The notes under the pieces are model-generated. The model was not told the DNA's origin. It worked only from the letters and a program-made list of their open reading frames with translations, and ran no database searches. The position numbers were made by a program, and so were the translations under genes. DNA of 44,403 nucleotides from Paraspadella gotoi (lineage: Eukaryota > Animalia > Chaetognatha): positions 1-44,403 of the forward strand of contig CM119268.1 in the NCBI GenBank assembly GCA_051294375.1, read 5' to 3'. Positions 1-13,099 of this stretch are shown here, piece by piece; position 1 is the stretch's first letter, and every line of letters starts with the position of its first letter.

Positions 1-668
1 TAATTATAATTTGAATTGAGTGATCCCGGACCTTAAAGAATCAAAACCGAAAAGTAATCAATTAATTTTAATAAAATACAAAATTTGAAAACAAAGTACT
101 ATAGAACCGAATCCCATTTTTATTCTATGTACACAATAAGTAAATAGGTGTGGATACAAACTGAAACCAGTGGCTGCACTAATACATGTAAATCGCTTTT
201 AAAATATTTTAAACTTGCATCTTTTAGGATTAAAAACACGTTAAAACATTTAGTATTTTGGTAATAAGATAAAAAACATTTATAAGATAAGTGAATCAAA
301 TATGGGATCATATATTGGAATAATCAATACATAGATTAGGAAATAGAATAAAATAAAATAAATAAATAAAAAAAATTTGTTAAATAATAAAAAAAAATAT
401 TTTTAAAAGATTTAAGATAATAAAAATTTAAAAAAATAATTGCTATTATGTTAAAGAGCAGGTGTTAGTGAAGATCAGGTGGGTGCAGATAAAGTTTATT
501 TTGAATGTTCCTTGTCTTATTAGTAAAGCCCTCTGGTAGAATAGGGTCAAAATATAAAGAAAATTTAATGGGACTGTTCTTTTGTTTCTGAAAAAAATAT
601 TAAAACCTCTGGTCTATGTATTAAAACGAAAATTGATAGCTATTTTGTTTATGGAACTGTCTGGTAAA

Positions 669-946
669 GTGATGTGAAAATGATACAATTTTAGAAAATT
701 AAAATTTAGCATATAAAACATAAAAATAAAAACTAATAAAAATACTTTGGTAAAAATTACTTTTTAATTTTATACATTAGTGGGTACCAGTGAGCTATAT
801 TTATAATTATTTATATATAGTAATAAGTATATAAAATGCAAATTTTTAAATTTTAAGATCGGATTTAGATTCCTTGCAAAAAGTTGATAAAGAAAGAATA
901 ATTCTTTTTTAAAAATTATTTCATTAAGTTGGTCAAAAATGTAAAA
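669..946. repeat. Dispersed AT-rich repeat, copy 1
   Basis: Aligns in the same orientation with ~37482-37762 (gtgatgtgaaaatgata...tacattagtggg(t/c)accagtgagctatattt...ttaagttggtcaaaaatgtaaa). Confidence 0.85.
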
Positions 947-1012
947 AACTATATTTAGATGCGACATTTTCAATTTCCAGCTTAAAATGTATTTTTTGTA
1001 ATTTTAACCTAC

Positions 1013-1282
1013 TTAATGACATACATTTTTGAAAAAGGTTTATATTTTCTTAATATCAACTTTTTACAAGGAATCCGAATCTGTTCCCAGAATTAAAAAA
1101 AAACATTTTGAAATTTTGACATTATATAAGGGTATATACAATTTTAATTTTAACCTCCTTAATGACATAATTCTTGAAAAAGGTTTATATTTTCTTATAT
1201 AAACTTTTTACAAGGAATCCGAATCTGTTCCCAGAATTAAAAAAATTTTTGAAATTTTAACATTATATAAGGGTATATACAA
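1013..1282. repeat. Near-tandem duplication of a ~125-bp unit
   Basis: ttaatgacata...aaggaatccgaatctgttcccagaatt...cattatataagggtatatacaa occurs at ~1013-1140 and ~1159-1282. Confidence 0.9.
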
Positions 1283-1811
1283 ACTAAATAAGGGTATATT
1301 CAAACTACTGGGCTACTATATTTATAAAAAAAAAAAAATAACTCCAGATTAATATTCATGAATATGATAGTTTTCAAGATATAACTGCTAAATTTTGATT
1401 CCAAACTTTCACTTCACTCTACTGTCTGGTTTATTAAGACTAAAACAAACAAAAATTACTATTTTGAGCAAAGCGATACAAGTGAAGATCTAGTGTGTGT
1501 AAGCAGAAGAGCAAAATAATATAGAAAGTAAATGGAAAATGCTCATACTAGAGAAAGTAAGAGATAAACCAACCCTAGTAGAGAGAAAATAATTGAAATG
1601 TGTTGCGCCGTGATATGATATGACATAACGTGACATCACATAAAATGATGTTACATAACATGATTACATGACTGATATAACTTTCTTAGCCCATATATTA
1701 ATCATGTGCGATGCATCAAAATTCTGTCTTTTATTTCTTTTTAGTTCCAGGATTTCCTGTCTGAACAAAAAAGCAACCAGCTATAGGCAAATTATATGCA
1801 TTTTAACGTAA

Positions 1812-1907
1812 GTGGGACAGACCGACGGACAGACATACCGACGGACAGACCGACCGAAATGTGACTTATAGAGTTGCTCCGCGAGTACTTGCGGCGCAAC
1901 TAAAAAA
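1812..1907 (+). mobile_element. End of a Helentron-associated/DINE-1-like non-autonomous element
   Basis: (GACG/GACA/GACC)n tract, then gtgacttatag, a GC-rich stem-loop (agttgc..ccgc/gcgg..gcaact, 1872-1901) and an A run. Family assignment is inferred from architecture only. Confidence 0.5.
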
Positions 1908-2629
1908 GTCAAGTAACTGGGAAAAAAAAATTGGAAAAAAAGTTTAGTTTACTTTAGTTTCGGTTTTTATATTTATTTGAAAAATGTTTTTTTACCTAAA
2001 GACTATATATTGTAATAAAAAAGGTTTAGTGTTTGTGTATTAGAAAAGTCTTGAGTTTAACTCTGTTCCGGTTCACCATGTTATTAATTTGCAGATCATA
2101 CACCATTGACAGGAAAAAAAGGTTTGTGTTAACAAGGTCGGATCTGCCTACAATAATTTAGCAGTAATCAGCTAAATAGATAATAATCACGATAATTTTT
2201 TGTGTTATCTTCAGATCATAACTAATCATAACAAAACAAATAATATCAGACTTCTTAATAAATCTATGAAAATATCTATAAATCAATTGATCAATAAGTC
2301 AAATAACTTGTAGCTGCGCTAATAAATGTAAATCGTTTTCAACGGATTAGACTGAACAGCAGTACAATTAATAATTTATACATTAAAAAAATATTTATAA
2401 ATAAATGTAATAATTTAAAATTTTTTTTTTATTTTTATTTGCATAATATTTTTAATTGCAAATTTTTTTAACTTATATAATTTTTTGAATTTGCATTATT
2501 TTTTTACCTTGCAGCATTTTCTTCACTTCGTTTAATTTTTTTAACTCGCATAATTTTTTTAACTTTTCTAATTATTTTAATTAGCATTATTTTTTTAAAT
2601 TGCCCAATCACACAATTTACTACCCAAAC

Positions 2630-2875
2630 ACAAAATTTCATTTCAATCTATCCATCCAATCCCGAGTAATTGGAGTTTAATGAAAAGGTGAGACAGACCT
2701 TCAGACAGACAGATAGGCAGACAGATGTATGGACGGACATCATTTTTTTTGCACGATTTATCATAATTCAATATTTTGATATGATATACCAACAAGATTT
2801 TGGGGTGGGACCGACGGACCGACCAAGTGAATTACAGAGTCGGAATCTGCTTATAAGCAGATCTGTCCAAAAAAT
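2630..2875 (+). mobile_element. Helentron/DINE-like non-autonomous repeat with (GACA)n and terminal hairpin
   Basis: agacagac tract, gaccgac...aagtga...agagtcg, then palindrome atctgcttataagcagat (2845-2862). Homologous to 38044-38235. Confidence 0.55.
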
Positions 2876-2969
2876 CCATTTTTTTAGAGAACCAAAATTT
2901 TTTTTTCCAAGATTTTCCCCCGTTTCCCCTTCCATTTCCAATCGATCTCCATTCTCACTGTCCATGCCC

Positions 2970-3222
2970 ACTTGAGAGAATTGGCCATGATTTTTCCATA
3001 GACTTTACTCAGGTCCAACAGTATTCCGCCGGTGGCCAATTTGTTACAGGTGACCTTCCCGGGTGCGCCCAGTATTTCCGGCGGGTTTTTGGGGCATTGA
3101 GGCATCGAGGGTAAGATTATTTGCCCGTTTTCTGGCAGTCGCAGAAACGTGGCAAAGATGAACTTGTCCGCTTTGTCGCAAGTGTAGTAGATTTGAGAGT
3201 CGTTTTGAAATTTGGGGCAGTA
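2970..3222 (-). CDS. Possible host exon, unknown product
   Basis: GC-elevated island in AT-rich DNA with an open frame (YCPKFQNDSQIYYTCDKADKFIFATF...). Acceptor-like ttgactttttgtattcag lies immediately upstream on minus. Donor site uncertain; no domain recognised. Confidence 0.35.
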
Positions 3223-4199
3223 CTGAATACAAAAAGTCAATTCATGGTTAATAATTTTTTTAAAAAAATCTAATTATTGATCGCGGACCAACCAACAGAA
3301 AAATATTTCTCCTCTGTAAAAAAAGTACTAATTTTTTCAAAATTGAGAGTTGATCAAACTGAGCTACAAAATCCTAGTTACACTACGGCGCAAAAAAAAT
3401 TAGCCCCTTCTTTCTCACTGAAAAAAACATTGGATGGCTGAATTTCACAAAAATATAAAAACAAAAATCTTAAAACTGTGCTAAAATATTTAATAATACA
3501 ATATTTTGTTCCTGAATGACCGTGAAGGATAATTTAAATCCTTTAATAATTTCGATACTAATAATTCCATAGGTATATCTTTTCGTTTCGTTGTTAGACT
3601 TATGGGATTGAGACAAGTAAGAGAGCATAGTTTGTGTCGGTTTGAAGTGTAGTTACCTAGAATTCTCTTATATATTGCGCAGCATTATCTGCTGTGCGAC
3701 ATGTTTGGCGTGTATTGATATCCCGGAGTGCAGTCTTTAGTCAAGTCCAACGCGTTCTTATGATGGACTTACTTAAGTCACCGTTGCATAACAATGGTTG
3801 CTATCTTCAGCTTTAAGAAAGATGAGTAACAGAACGAGAGAGAGAGTCAGGACCAGCTGGACACCAATAGCTTCAAGATCATTGAACAATAGAACTGAGA
3901 CAGGTTTTATGTGATCTCAAGGTCGTTATGCAGGTACTATCTCGCTTCTAGGTTAGTTGACAGTAATCAGCAGGAGAATCAAGAAGTGAAATTATGAGTG
4001 CAAGGAAGATGAGATGGATGAGGACAGAGCTGATGCATATCATACCCAGATATCTAGGCTCAGTGTCCGCATTCGTAACAACAAGGATGCCAACTAAATT
4101 ACTAACTATTCAAGGAAACATCGTCTGACATCTCTCTCTCCTGTCACAAAATTCTACTGTGATCCACTACTCTGATTCTTTCGAAAGTCTACAAGGGCT

Positions 4200-4950
4200 A
4201 TGTACTAACGCATAGTATATCTCTTACACACTTGGCCCGACTACACTGTCTCATCTTTTAGATAATAGACAGCTCTCCAAATATACTGAGTCTTACCTCG
4301 GTAACTTGCTCACTTTCTTGCGAATGCTCTCTCTCAAATCTGGGCTCACACTTTTCCAATTATACGTTTTCTTTATCATGACCTGAACGCAATTAGCGGG
4401 CGCGCTGAGCGAGAGCGAAATAGATTGAAAGAGACAGAAGATCGCTCTGAATAGATGTAATAAGATCGCCAACATGGTAAGTCTGCCAGTTTTAAGAACT
4501 CAGTATAACATGAGGTATTTATATTGTGTCAGCCCAGTCATATGCGTGTGAGATAATAGACCTTTGATACTCCTAACTTAGTATTAATGAGTAGTAAATC
4601 AGTCTAAAGCTGATTTTCAAGTAAGTAGATAAATGCGGGACATTTCATTTACAAGGATTCCTGCTATGTGAACCTTTTCACTCTCAAAATAAAAGAGATA
4701 AGGTGTTCTTAAGCTTATTACTCTGATAGGTCAGCTAATGTCGCCATCGACTTAGTAGAGCAGTAATGTAATCATGAAGTTCAGTAGCAGCTCTCAGTCA
4801 TGGAGCGCAGAGAGGTTGAGAAAAGTTAAAAAACTTAATGGCCAGAGAAGTCAACTGAGCCTAGATACTTGGACCGAAAATCCGACTCATCAATATTATC
4901 ATTTTACTTAGGTCTCGTAGAGAGGGCTTATTGACTCAAGCTCCGTTAAT
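4200..4950 (+). pseudogene. Highly degraded non-LTR (LINE) reverse transcriptase remnant
   Basis: Frameshifted motif remnants in the expected order and spacing: RP..L/LSKILE-like (~4235-4290), QG..L.P.LF-like (~4652), KLN..KS (~4831-4852), FYLGL (~4902-4916). Individual motifs are weak. Confidence 0.35.
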
Positions 4951-6257
4951 CCACTGCCGAGAATGTAATTAACTTGCGCGAGTCCTTTTTAAAAGAAAAA
5001 GCTCATAGAACGGGTTTTTGCGAATTCGTCTAGAAAGAATATTTCTGTATATATCTAATACCTCTAGCATAAAAATTGGCAAAAGCAACGAACGACCCTG
5101 AACCTGCTTTACCTGTATCGGCGTTGGCAATTTTTCGTGGAGACAGACTGAGTTGTCGATAGGTATCCGACAACTGACTTCACTGGTTTTGAATGTCTCA
5201 ATTAGCCCCAGTCTCGGCCGTTTATACGTACACACATCAATAAATCTCAAGTATTTCTATTTTTGATCAGAAATATCCTCTATACCGTCTGTGAGCAGCC
5301 TTTCTCATTCAAGCCTCCATATCTTCTCTAAAGCCTACGATTAACAGTAACTCTAACAATGCACACTTACGTGTGTCCTCCTTTCTTACACATTCACATG
5401 TACCACATCCTCGCCAAACATCTTGCTCGCTCCAGATTCGAGTATTGTTATAATATTTGATATTGTTATAATAGACATAATGATATGTGCGACAGAGCAG
5501 GTGTTATTGAGCATCAGTATCCAATTGCTTAAATGTTCTCACGTTTCCATCACCAGCTCAGTGAATAACGGCCCCCAGGCCCTACATTGGTGGCGAGCAT
5601 CTCCTTTGTATGCGCCCGAGGGAGAGAACTCGGGTTGCCAGCTAATGCTTACTGTACCGCGTCCGTTTGCCGGAACGTCTTCAAATAGTCGCATATTGGG
5701 TGCCTTATTGAATTATTCCTTGGTGACTGACGAATCGTCATGGTACACATAATTTTAATTCAAATTTTTACTATTTTTTTTACAATTCCGGTTAATACCG
5801 CACATACGATCAAACATGTACAAATATCTAATCACTTTTTAAATGTTGTGCTTGTACACCAAAAAAATTAGGGCTAATTTAATAGTTTTGCTGCAAAAAA
5901 AATTTTTAAGCCCTAACCCTTTAATTTTATTGGAGGAGTGACGTTTTAATTTAAACTAAAACTCGGTTTTTGACCCTTATTTTATAGTTTTAATAGATGA
6001 AAATATCCAAGGTTACGACATAAAGAAACCGATGCTTTAAATGTAAAGAAAGCGTCAGTATTTTTTTTTTGCTCAATCGACAGGCCTTTTTTGCGGCAAA
6101 ATTTCGACCAAAAATCTGTGATTTTTAAATCAGCTTGCACAATCAAAAACTCGTTTTGAATAAATCATACGCTCTACCAAAAGAGTTTTCTCGAAATAAA
6201 ATTGAGAGGAAACAAAGTTTATTTTTGTTTACAAACACACGCATTTATTTTTGGAAC

Positions 6258-6302
6258 TGGAACATGTTTGGAAACTCTTTTTCGAGTCTCTTCATTCAGC
6301 GT
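6258..6302 (-). ncRNA. Degenerate or error-containing hammerhead motif (family A)
   Basis: Indel-containing homolog of 21482-21523 (actctttttcgagtc...tcagcgt) with a matching AT flank and (GA)n. Core not intact as written. Confidence 0.5.
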
Positions 6303-7447
6303 CACATTTAAATATTTTATCCAAATTTTTGAAAAAGGAGAGAGAGAAAGAAGAGAGAGAGAGAAGAGAGGCAGAAGTTAACAAGAGATAGTGTTACCCC
6401 AAAGAATGAGTTATGATATAAGTATGAGGGTGAGAACATTTCGTTGACAGAGTGACTGACTAATGACGAATAAATAAAAATTTAACGCTTACTTGATTTG
6501 GCTGAAGAATCAAAATCCAACAGACCGAAAAGGAAAAAGAGAAGTAAGAGCGAAGTTCGAAAGAAAGAAAACAAAGAAAGCATGAAAACAAAAACAAAGT
6601 TTAAATAAGATATTAGGGCGTACAGAGTTTTTGGCCTAAGCTAGTAATTTAAAAAACGCGACAGATCTATACGACAAGCATTTTAATCATTAAACGTTGT
6701 TCTTACTCATGAAAAATTGGTTTTTAGTTTCTTTTTTAATAAGGCTGATACCGGTAAATTTGGGACATGATTAACGTGAAAAGAAATGCATGTCTTTACG
6801 GTATTTTGAAACATGAATTCACCCAGTGAGTTTTCTATGTTTCATTATAGCGTAGGAATAGGTCTGTCTCGTGTCCGTCCCACCCCTTCGTCTTCTGCGC
6901 TTTCTCTCTTCGCCCGTCTTCGGGATTCTCAGTCGCTCACAGTAATACCCGGATCATAACCCCGCTTTCAGTCAAATATTCTCATTTTCTATTCTGTCTC
7001 TTCTCTCTCTCTCTCTAGCTCTGACGTTTAAGAACAAAAATTAAATTAAGATAGCCGCCGTCGGTTCTTGTTTGTTCGTTTGATTGTCGATGACTTGACA
7101 AATGTGACTTTGAAGAGTCTTGCCAGCGCGTCGGACAACAGTAAGGACTGGATTGGGGGACGGACCGCGTACTTCTACGGACGTTCGCCAATCGGCGAGA
7201 CTAGCGAATTTCTCGACCCCTCCACATAGCAAAGATATAAGGAACAACTCTGAAGCCAATATCAGAGAGAACCTTGATAAATTATTTTAGTCTCCATTAT
7301 TTTTTGCTCTAATAATTTTGTGAAGTGTTTTTTAACACTTGTACAGAAAAATAACTATTTCTCCATCATTTTTGTTGAACCAAACCTCTTATATTTATTA
7401 ACGATTAAATGAAAGAAAGAAGGACGAGAAGAGAGAAAGAATTCGAC

Positions 7448-10400
7448 TTAGCGAGCCAGTGGGAGTCAGCCTAAACAAGATACAGTAAAGAAAGCAACTT
7501 TAAGGCTACAGTTGTCCCTTGCTGCAATGATGCTACAAATGGTGGCAGCGGTGATAACTGTTGCTGCAGACGTTGCTGCAAGCCTGACTCTAGGGCTCGT
7601 TGAAGTCATCTCTCTCCGACAGCATTGGTGGGAAAGAAAGACGGCAGATTTTCAAACCGACGACACCTGAGCGATAATTGGGTGTGGAAACTGAACGACA
7701 CCCGCTTCTACCAAGTTTAGCGCCCTACTCTTGCGGCGCAAAGTCGCCCTGCATCCGCCGGTTATTGTTTTTCGCATGGCACTCCATAGCCAGACCGCAA
7801 TTGACGCATGAACAGGACGAACGCACAGGGGCGGAAACTCTCGTCGACGGATTCGCGCCGCCCCGACCTCGCCGCCGATTCAATTGCGCAGCCCCGCGGA
7901 GGACGATGATCGACTCTTCTCGGTCCAATGATGGACCATGATTGCAGATGCAACAACAATAGGTTGAGTCGCAGCTACGTGCAGGTACTTTTGTTAAAAG
8001 AGGAGACTCCGCTCCCCCTCATATTTCCGTTCCCGAACGCGTCCACTCTTCCTCGCGCCCGGAGCGGCACTCGTCAGTTTTCGTCCGACGTCTTCGCGCG
8101 TCAGTTCCGCGCGTCGCCGGCGGCAGAAGTTTGCGCACGCCGCATTCCGCGTCCATGGCCAGCGCCGATTTGTGCGGTTAAGCTCCTCACTCCCTCTTCG
8201 CGTTTTGCTTCCGTATTCGACGAACCGGCAACGAGGCCGACGCGTCGGCCACGACGAGAATCGACGGCACCACGACCCCACGGACGAGTAGCCGCTACGC
8301 GACCACTTCCGTTCTACAACCATAGCGACGGCAGCAGCCGCCGCCGGCAGGGCCGACGATGATATAACGATGTGGCATCCGGTCGTCGTCTGTGGGGAGT
8401 CGCCTGGCCGCTTCACAACGAGCGCCGCTCGACAACTTTTCCAAATAGCGAGGATGGAGAATCCTTGATAGCTTCGCTTCGCCATTATTGAGGAGGAGGA
8501 ATGACGAGTGAGATGCCACGTAGTTGGCGGGGGAAAGTTTGTACGTACTAAAGGAGTTCCGCGCACATGGCTACAATTTCATCATGCCCCTAAGGAAAGG
8601 TGCGCAGGGATGAACGCAGACAGACGAGGTGCGGACCACTCCGACAGGTGGAAACTCTCACTGATGAAGGCTCGTCATGACCGAGCCGTGAAGAAGAAGG
8701 AAGAAATTATGCTTATGTATGCCGACGTCCCAAAACCTCCCGTCGCGGCCTATGGAGTGAGTATGAATAACTCACAATGAAACCAGGTGCGGGAAGTCTT
8801 CATGAGGAATTGAGAAGGACCTCGGGACCAAAGAAGGGAGATGTTTGCTGAAGACTTGATCGCGCTATGATTCGTTCGCGAAGTGAGCGATGATATGAGA
8901 CGCAAGGACTCGGAAGAATCCAAGCCGTCGTCCACGCTTGGCATCCGGAAGCAGCGCGGCAGCAAGCGGCGCTCCCAAGAACGCTGCAGATGTGTGGCAT
9001 TGCGGCGTCAAGGGCATAGAAAGGATGATTGCTGGAAAATTCATCCGAGAAGGCCCAAAAATGGAGGGACCGGCGCTCAAGAGATCAACCGAACCAAAGT
9101 CAGGGCCGAGCTCGACATCTCCGAGATCCGATGGGACATAGGATCTGCTTAGGAAATGCGACGACGTCTCCATAGGGACGGAAGTCCCACGCGCCATGCA
9201 AGAGTCAATCTTACGCGTTCGCGCGCGGACACCGCTTCGCCAGCGGGATCTACCCGACAATGATGACAAGATTCCATTCTAAAGCAGACCTGACGAGCTC
9301 GAGCTCCGACGAGGGAACGCCGCCAATTTCGTCGACGATCCGGCTTATACGAGGGAAGCGCCGCTCTCAATTCGAGACGACTATTACGGTTAGGATTTAA
9401 ATATCCTGGAACATTTTTCTGTACAAATTGCAGATGAAATTTAGAGACATGATCGGATACTGAGGCAACGGATGCTAAATTCTTCTAAATGAGGCATATA
9501 CGTAACCAATTCAATATTGAATATACCTGCGAAGCGAGCCGTAAAGGTCATGGGAATTGGTGGGGGTGATCTAGGGCTGTTAGCTTGTAATGAATTGTTG
9601 CAAAATAAATACACCTTTTCTTCCGAGGAGCATTGCTTTCACAATAGTACAGGAGAAAGGCATTAGTTATTTTGGGTTTAAGGACTGCATGATTTTGACA
9701 TGTATTTAGTATTACAAAAATTCAAACACGGTCAGAATGTAACGGTCAGATGGTTAAAATAATCGAGTGAGATAACGGAGATGGTAACGAGTTGAAGTTG
9801 CCATGAGTAACCATAACAGCCTGCTATTAAAATTGATGGGTTATTCCGTAAGATTAATAAGTCGGTGATCCGATGACTGCCGCGAGGAAAAAGCTCGAGC
9901 ATAAGATCGTTCGCGTTGTCGCCTGGTATAGGAATATATTGATCATAGATCTGACTCCGGGCGGTATGTTTGGATCGCCACTGACCCAATTCTGTTACTT
10001 TAATTGGTTTGTTGCCGACTACGCGAGTAAAATGGTACGCGGGAGTACTGGGCCGTGCAAAATTGTATGTTGGCGAACGAGATGAGGATTTGATCAGCTT
10101 AGTTATAAAGCATGTATGTTGAGTGATCGCGCCGAGGGCAATGAATGATGTTGTCTCATTGATGATGAAAGAAAAATAAAGTGTACGTGTTAAGACGAAA
10201 TATCGAAGCTATTATAGCCCGCGGTTCGAACAATGGGAATTGGCCGAATAAAACGTCATATGGTGAAATGAGAATTGCACATTGTGCAAGAAGGTGTGAA
10301 AACAAAAACGGCTGGGCACAGATGCGGCGCTATCGATATCCTCCTTGCCTCTTCTTTCTCTTTCTTTTCCGGGCAGCCTTTGTTACTCTGTTCCCTTCCC

Positions 10401-12950
10401 CTCCTTTTTCCGCATATTCTGCTTTGCAAAGCGAATACTGACCGCAGGCGCGTATAGCGATTCCACCCGGTTTTGTCAAACGACCGCATCATGGTCTGCA
10501 GATTGACAATTGTACATTACCAACGGCGTGAGCTTGAAAGAACATGGACTCATCAACGCGCTTGTAACGTCAATCCTTCGCCAAAAATGAAGGCTAAGGC
10601 CGTCCGGGGTATTATTTAATGACACACATAGATTACTATCCGCGATTCGGTGTCACCGGCAAGGAAGGCCCATAATCTACTTCGATTACTGCTATTGTCG
10701 AGACTCGGAAACTTAAATACCTGTACTACGGTCCTCCCAGGAAGCCAATGCCCTCCCGAAATCATATGCTAATGTATGGTGTTTTTTTGGACTAATATCT
10801 AGCTATGCAGTGGTTCAACGATAAACTATGAGTATGTATGAACAAATATACATGGTAAAGCATTGAAGATTCCCAATGTCCAACTCAAAGAAGATCAGCA
10901 ACCATTGATCATTTCTCCAGGTTCTGGCCGAAGACACACTCCCTCCGCGAGTCTACATGTGTGATCAACATCCATGCTTCATGATCTTCGCACTTTCAGC
11001 AGCCTTCAAAAGTGGCCCGGCCGTATATCCAACTTGCAGCTAGATGCATCAAAGGCTATCGAGCTGCTCCAAACCTTCTCTTCACGCAACCAATCGAGCC
11101 ACTAAGCCTTTGACGTGAAGATCAACTATCGTCTTACCGACTCAACGATATCTGACGAACACGTGGTGCATTTGGCAAGATGGTCTTAACTAGGCAGAAA
11201 GTTGCTGGATTGACCAGGCCACAGGCTCCCAGAGGGTTAGTATCACTCATGCAAATATATCTGCAAATCGAGCCATTATGTAACACTGAAAAAACGACAG
11301 CAATCGCATATAAAACCGGATTTACACACTATTATAGAAACAACGCGAGTCTAAGTCGGATTAATTTGGCCAAATCGGCGTTATACTACGGCACAAACAG
11401 ATGAGTTCCGCGAGAATCGTTCCGAGTATGTTTTGCACATTTTTTTACTCGTAGAGAATTTGTTCCGAATTGTCCTGTGGCACGAGCAAAAACCCTCAGT
11501 GAGCCTTCCAAAAGAGAACTCCGGAAGTTCCCATTGGATGTGACGGCCTGTACAAAAAAGCAATTCGAAGAGCCTCAGAATATTAAATGTTGTTCGAGGA
11601 TCTCGTTGGGCCGTTTGCCCTGAATTTTCACATAAAACTTTCCTCACCGCTCGCACTCGGCACTGAGAAGATGCTCTATGAACTCCAGCTTAGGATCCCT
11701 GTTCAATCCGAGATTGACACAGTTAGCATTTAAAGAGCCATCGTATATATGGAAGTATTGTCTCACTATACTATGGACAATTTTGCAGAACTTGATGTGT
11801 TCGGCTAACTATCGAAGGAAATGCGCCTGATTTCAAGATATCTAAGTGAAGAATCAAAAAGCTCACGAAAGCGCTATGCATGATCGAACACTAATTATCT
11901 TACTGGCTAAAACCGTCGACTGTTATTCTCTAATTATCTAGACAAAATGATGCTCTTCAATCTGTTCAGTCTAGCACGGCCGGTCCGCCTTAAGCGTTCG
12001 TCATTCATATACTGGCGTAGGTAGTTATGACCAGTGGGATCCGACCTTCAAAGAAAGCACTTACCAGTAAGCAAATGATTCGGGCCTGATTTGTTAGAAG
12101 TCGGATTGACTTCGAGCAGAACTAACTCCTGTGCAGAACAGAGGCTGGTCAGAAATATGTCCGTAAGGTGGTCGCTGCATGTAGATAATTAGCCTTGCTA
12201 CCTGTGTCTGCATACGCTCAGTGCCAATTAATCGCGCTGCAAGCTGCGCATGCACTATACTGTATACTGATTTCACTAGCGATCGGGGGACACCTGATCC
12301 AACAGGAATCTGTGGAGGAAGTGGAGCGTTACAAGAGAGCGATGGCGTGACCTCATAAGTAAGCTCCAGGATTGGATAAAGACCACGTGGTCCAACGGCC
12401 TACCGACAGAAAAAGAGGCCGCGTAGGAACAGTCCCGCACTAAGTCGCTACGCAAGTTTCGTAACCAATTCCCAAGAATTAATTTGAACTTAATGTTTGA
12501 AAGTTTTGGACCGGATAAGGTAAGAAGGTAAAGAATTTGGCCGTCGTAACACTTGAGAAGTCCAGTTCCGATTACTGCGACTAGCGGCACGATAACCAAT
12601 TAGTCAACTGGGCGACAATAAATACGGTTGAATTCTCCGCACTCTGATATATCGATTTATTGGATTTGGCCCCGTCGTCGAAGAACTTGATTCGTTCGTG
12701 CGAATTGTCAAGAGAAATGACAACTAAAACCGTAAGGAACCGTTGCAGACCAAGATCCTTATTGCAGTTCATTTTCTAATGAAGAGTTCTGGCTATTATA
12801 TTAATGTTGTAAAAAGGAGAGCCAAATTAAAGACTAGACTAAACCTCGGGAAGTGTATATTCTCAGTCTTAATATATTGATTTTTGACATATAACGAATC
12901 AGTCTGATGAGTATAACTCATCAGAGCTCCTTCACACAGCGCCTTAGGAT
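7448..12950 (+). mobile_element. Ty3/gypsy-type LTR retrotransposon, left arm (noisy)
   Basis: Short LTR candidate ~7448-7537 ending gctaca; tRNA-Leu PBS at 7540; frameshifted Gag zinc knuckle C-WH-C-GVKG-H-RKDD-C-WK at ~8990-9048; RT DDVV-like remnant at ~10145. Confidence 0.75.
7540..7556 (+). promoter_or_regulatory. Primer-binding site complementary to the tRNA-Leu 3' end
   Basis: tggtggcagcggtgat begins 2 nt after ...gctaca. Animal tRNA-Leu(AAG/TAG) ends ATCCCACCGCTGCCA-CCA. Confidence 0.85.
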
Positions 12951-13032
12951 TCTACCACACCGAGCCAATGTTCACCATTGACCATTAACTGGCTCGCGTC
13001 ACGAACGGATACTTACAATATGGTTAACTGTT

Positions 13033-13086
13033 TACTCTCAACAACTCACAAGGGGATGAGTTAGGGCTACAATAAGAGAAGAGAAG
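13033..13086 (+). other. Noisy PacBio SMRTbell adapter-like sequence at the palindrome centre
   Basis: ctctcaacaactcacaaggggatgag...aagagaagaga resembles ATCTCTCTCAACAACAACAACGGAGGAGGAGGAAAAGAGAGAGAT and lies where the two arms converge. Confidence 0.7.
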
Positions 13087-13099
13087 AAACTGAGAGTCA

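Noticed and set aside
12903-12925. tctgatgagt-ata-actcatcaga as a hammerhead
   Set aside because: No GAAA box or stem III; it is only a short palindrome in noisy sequence.
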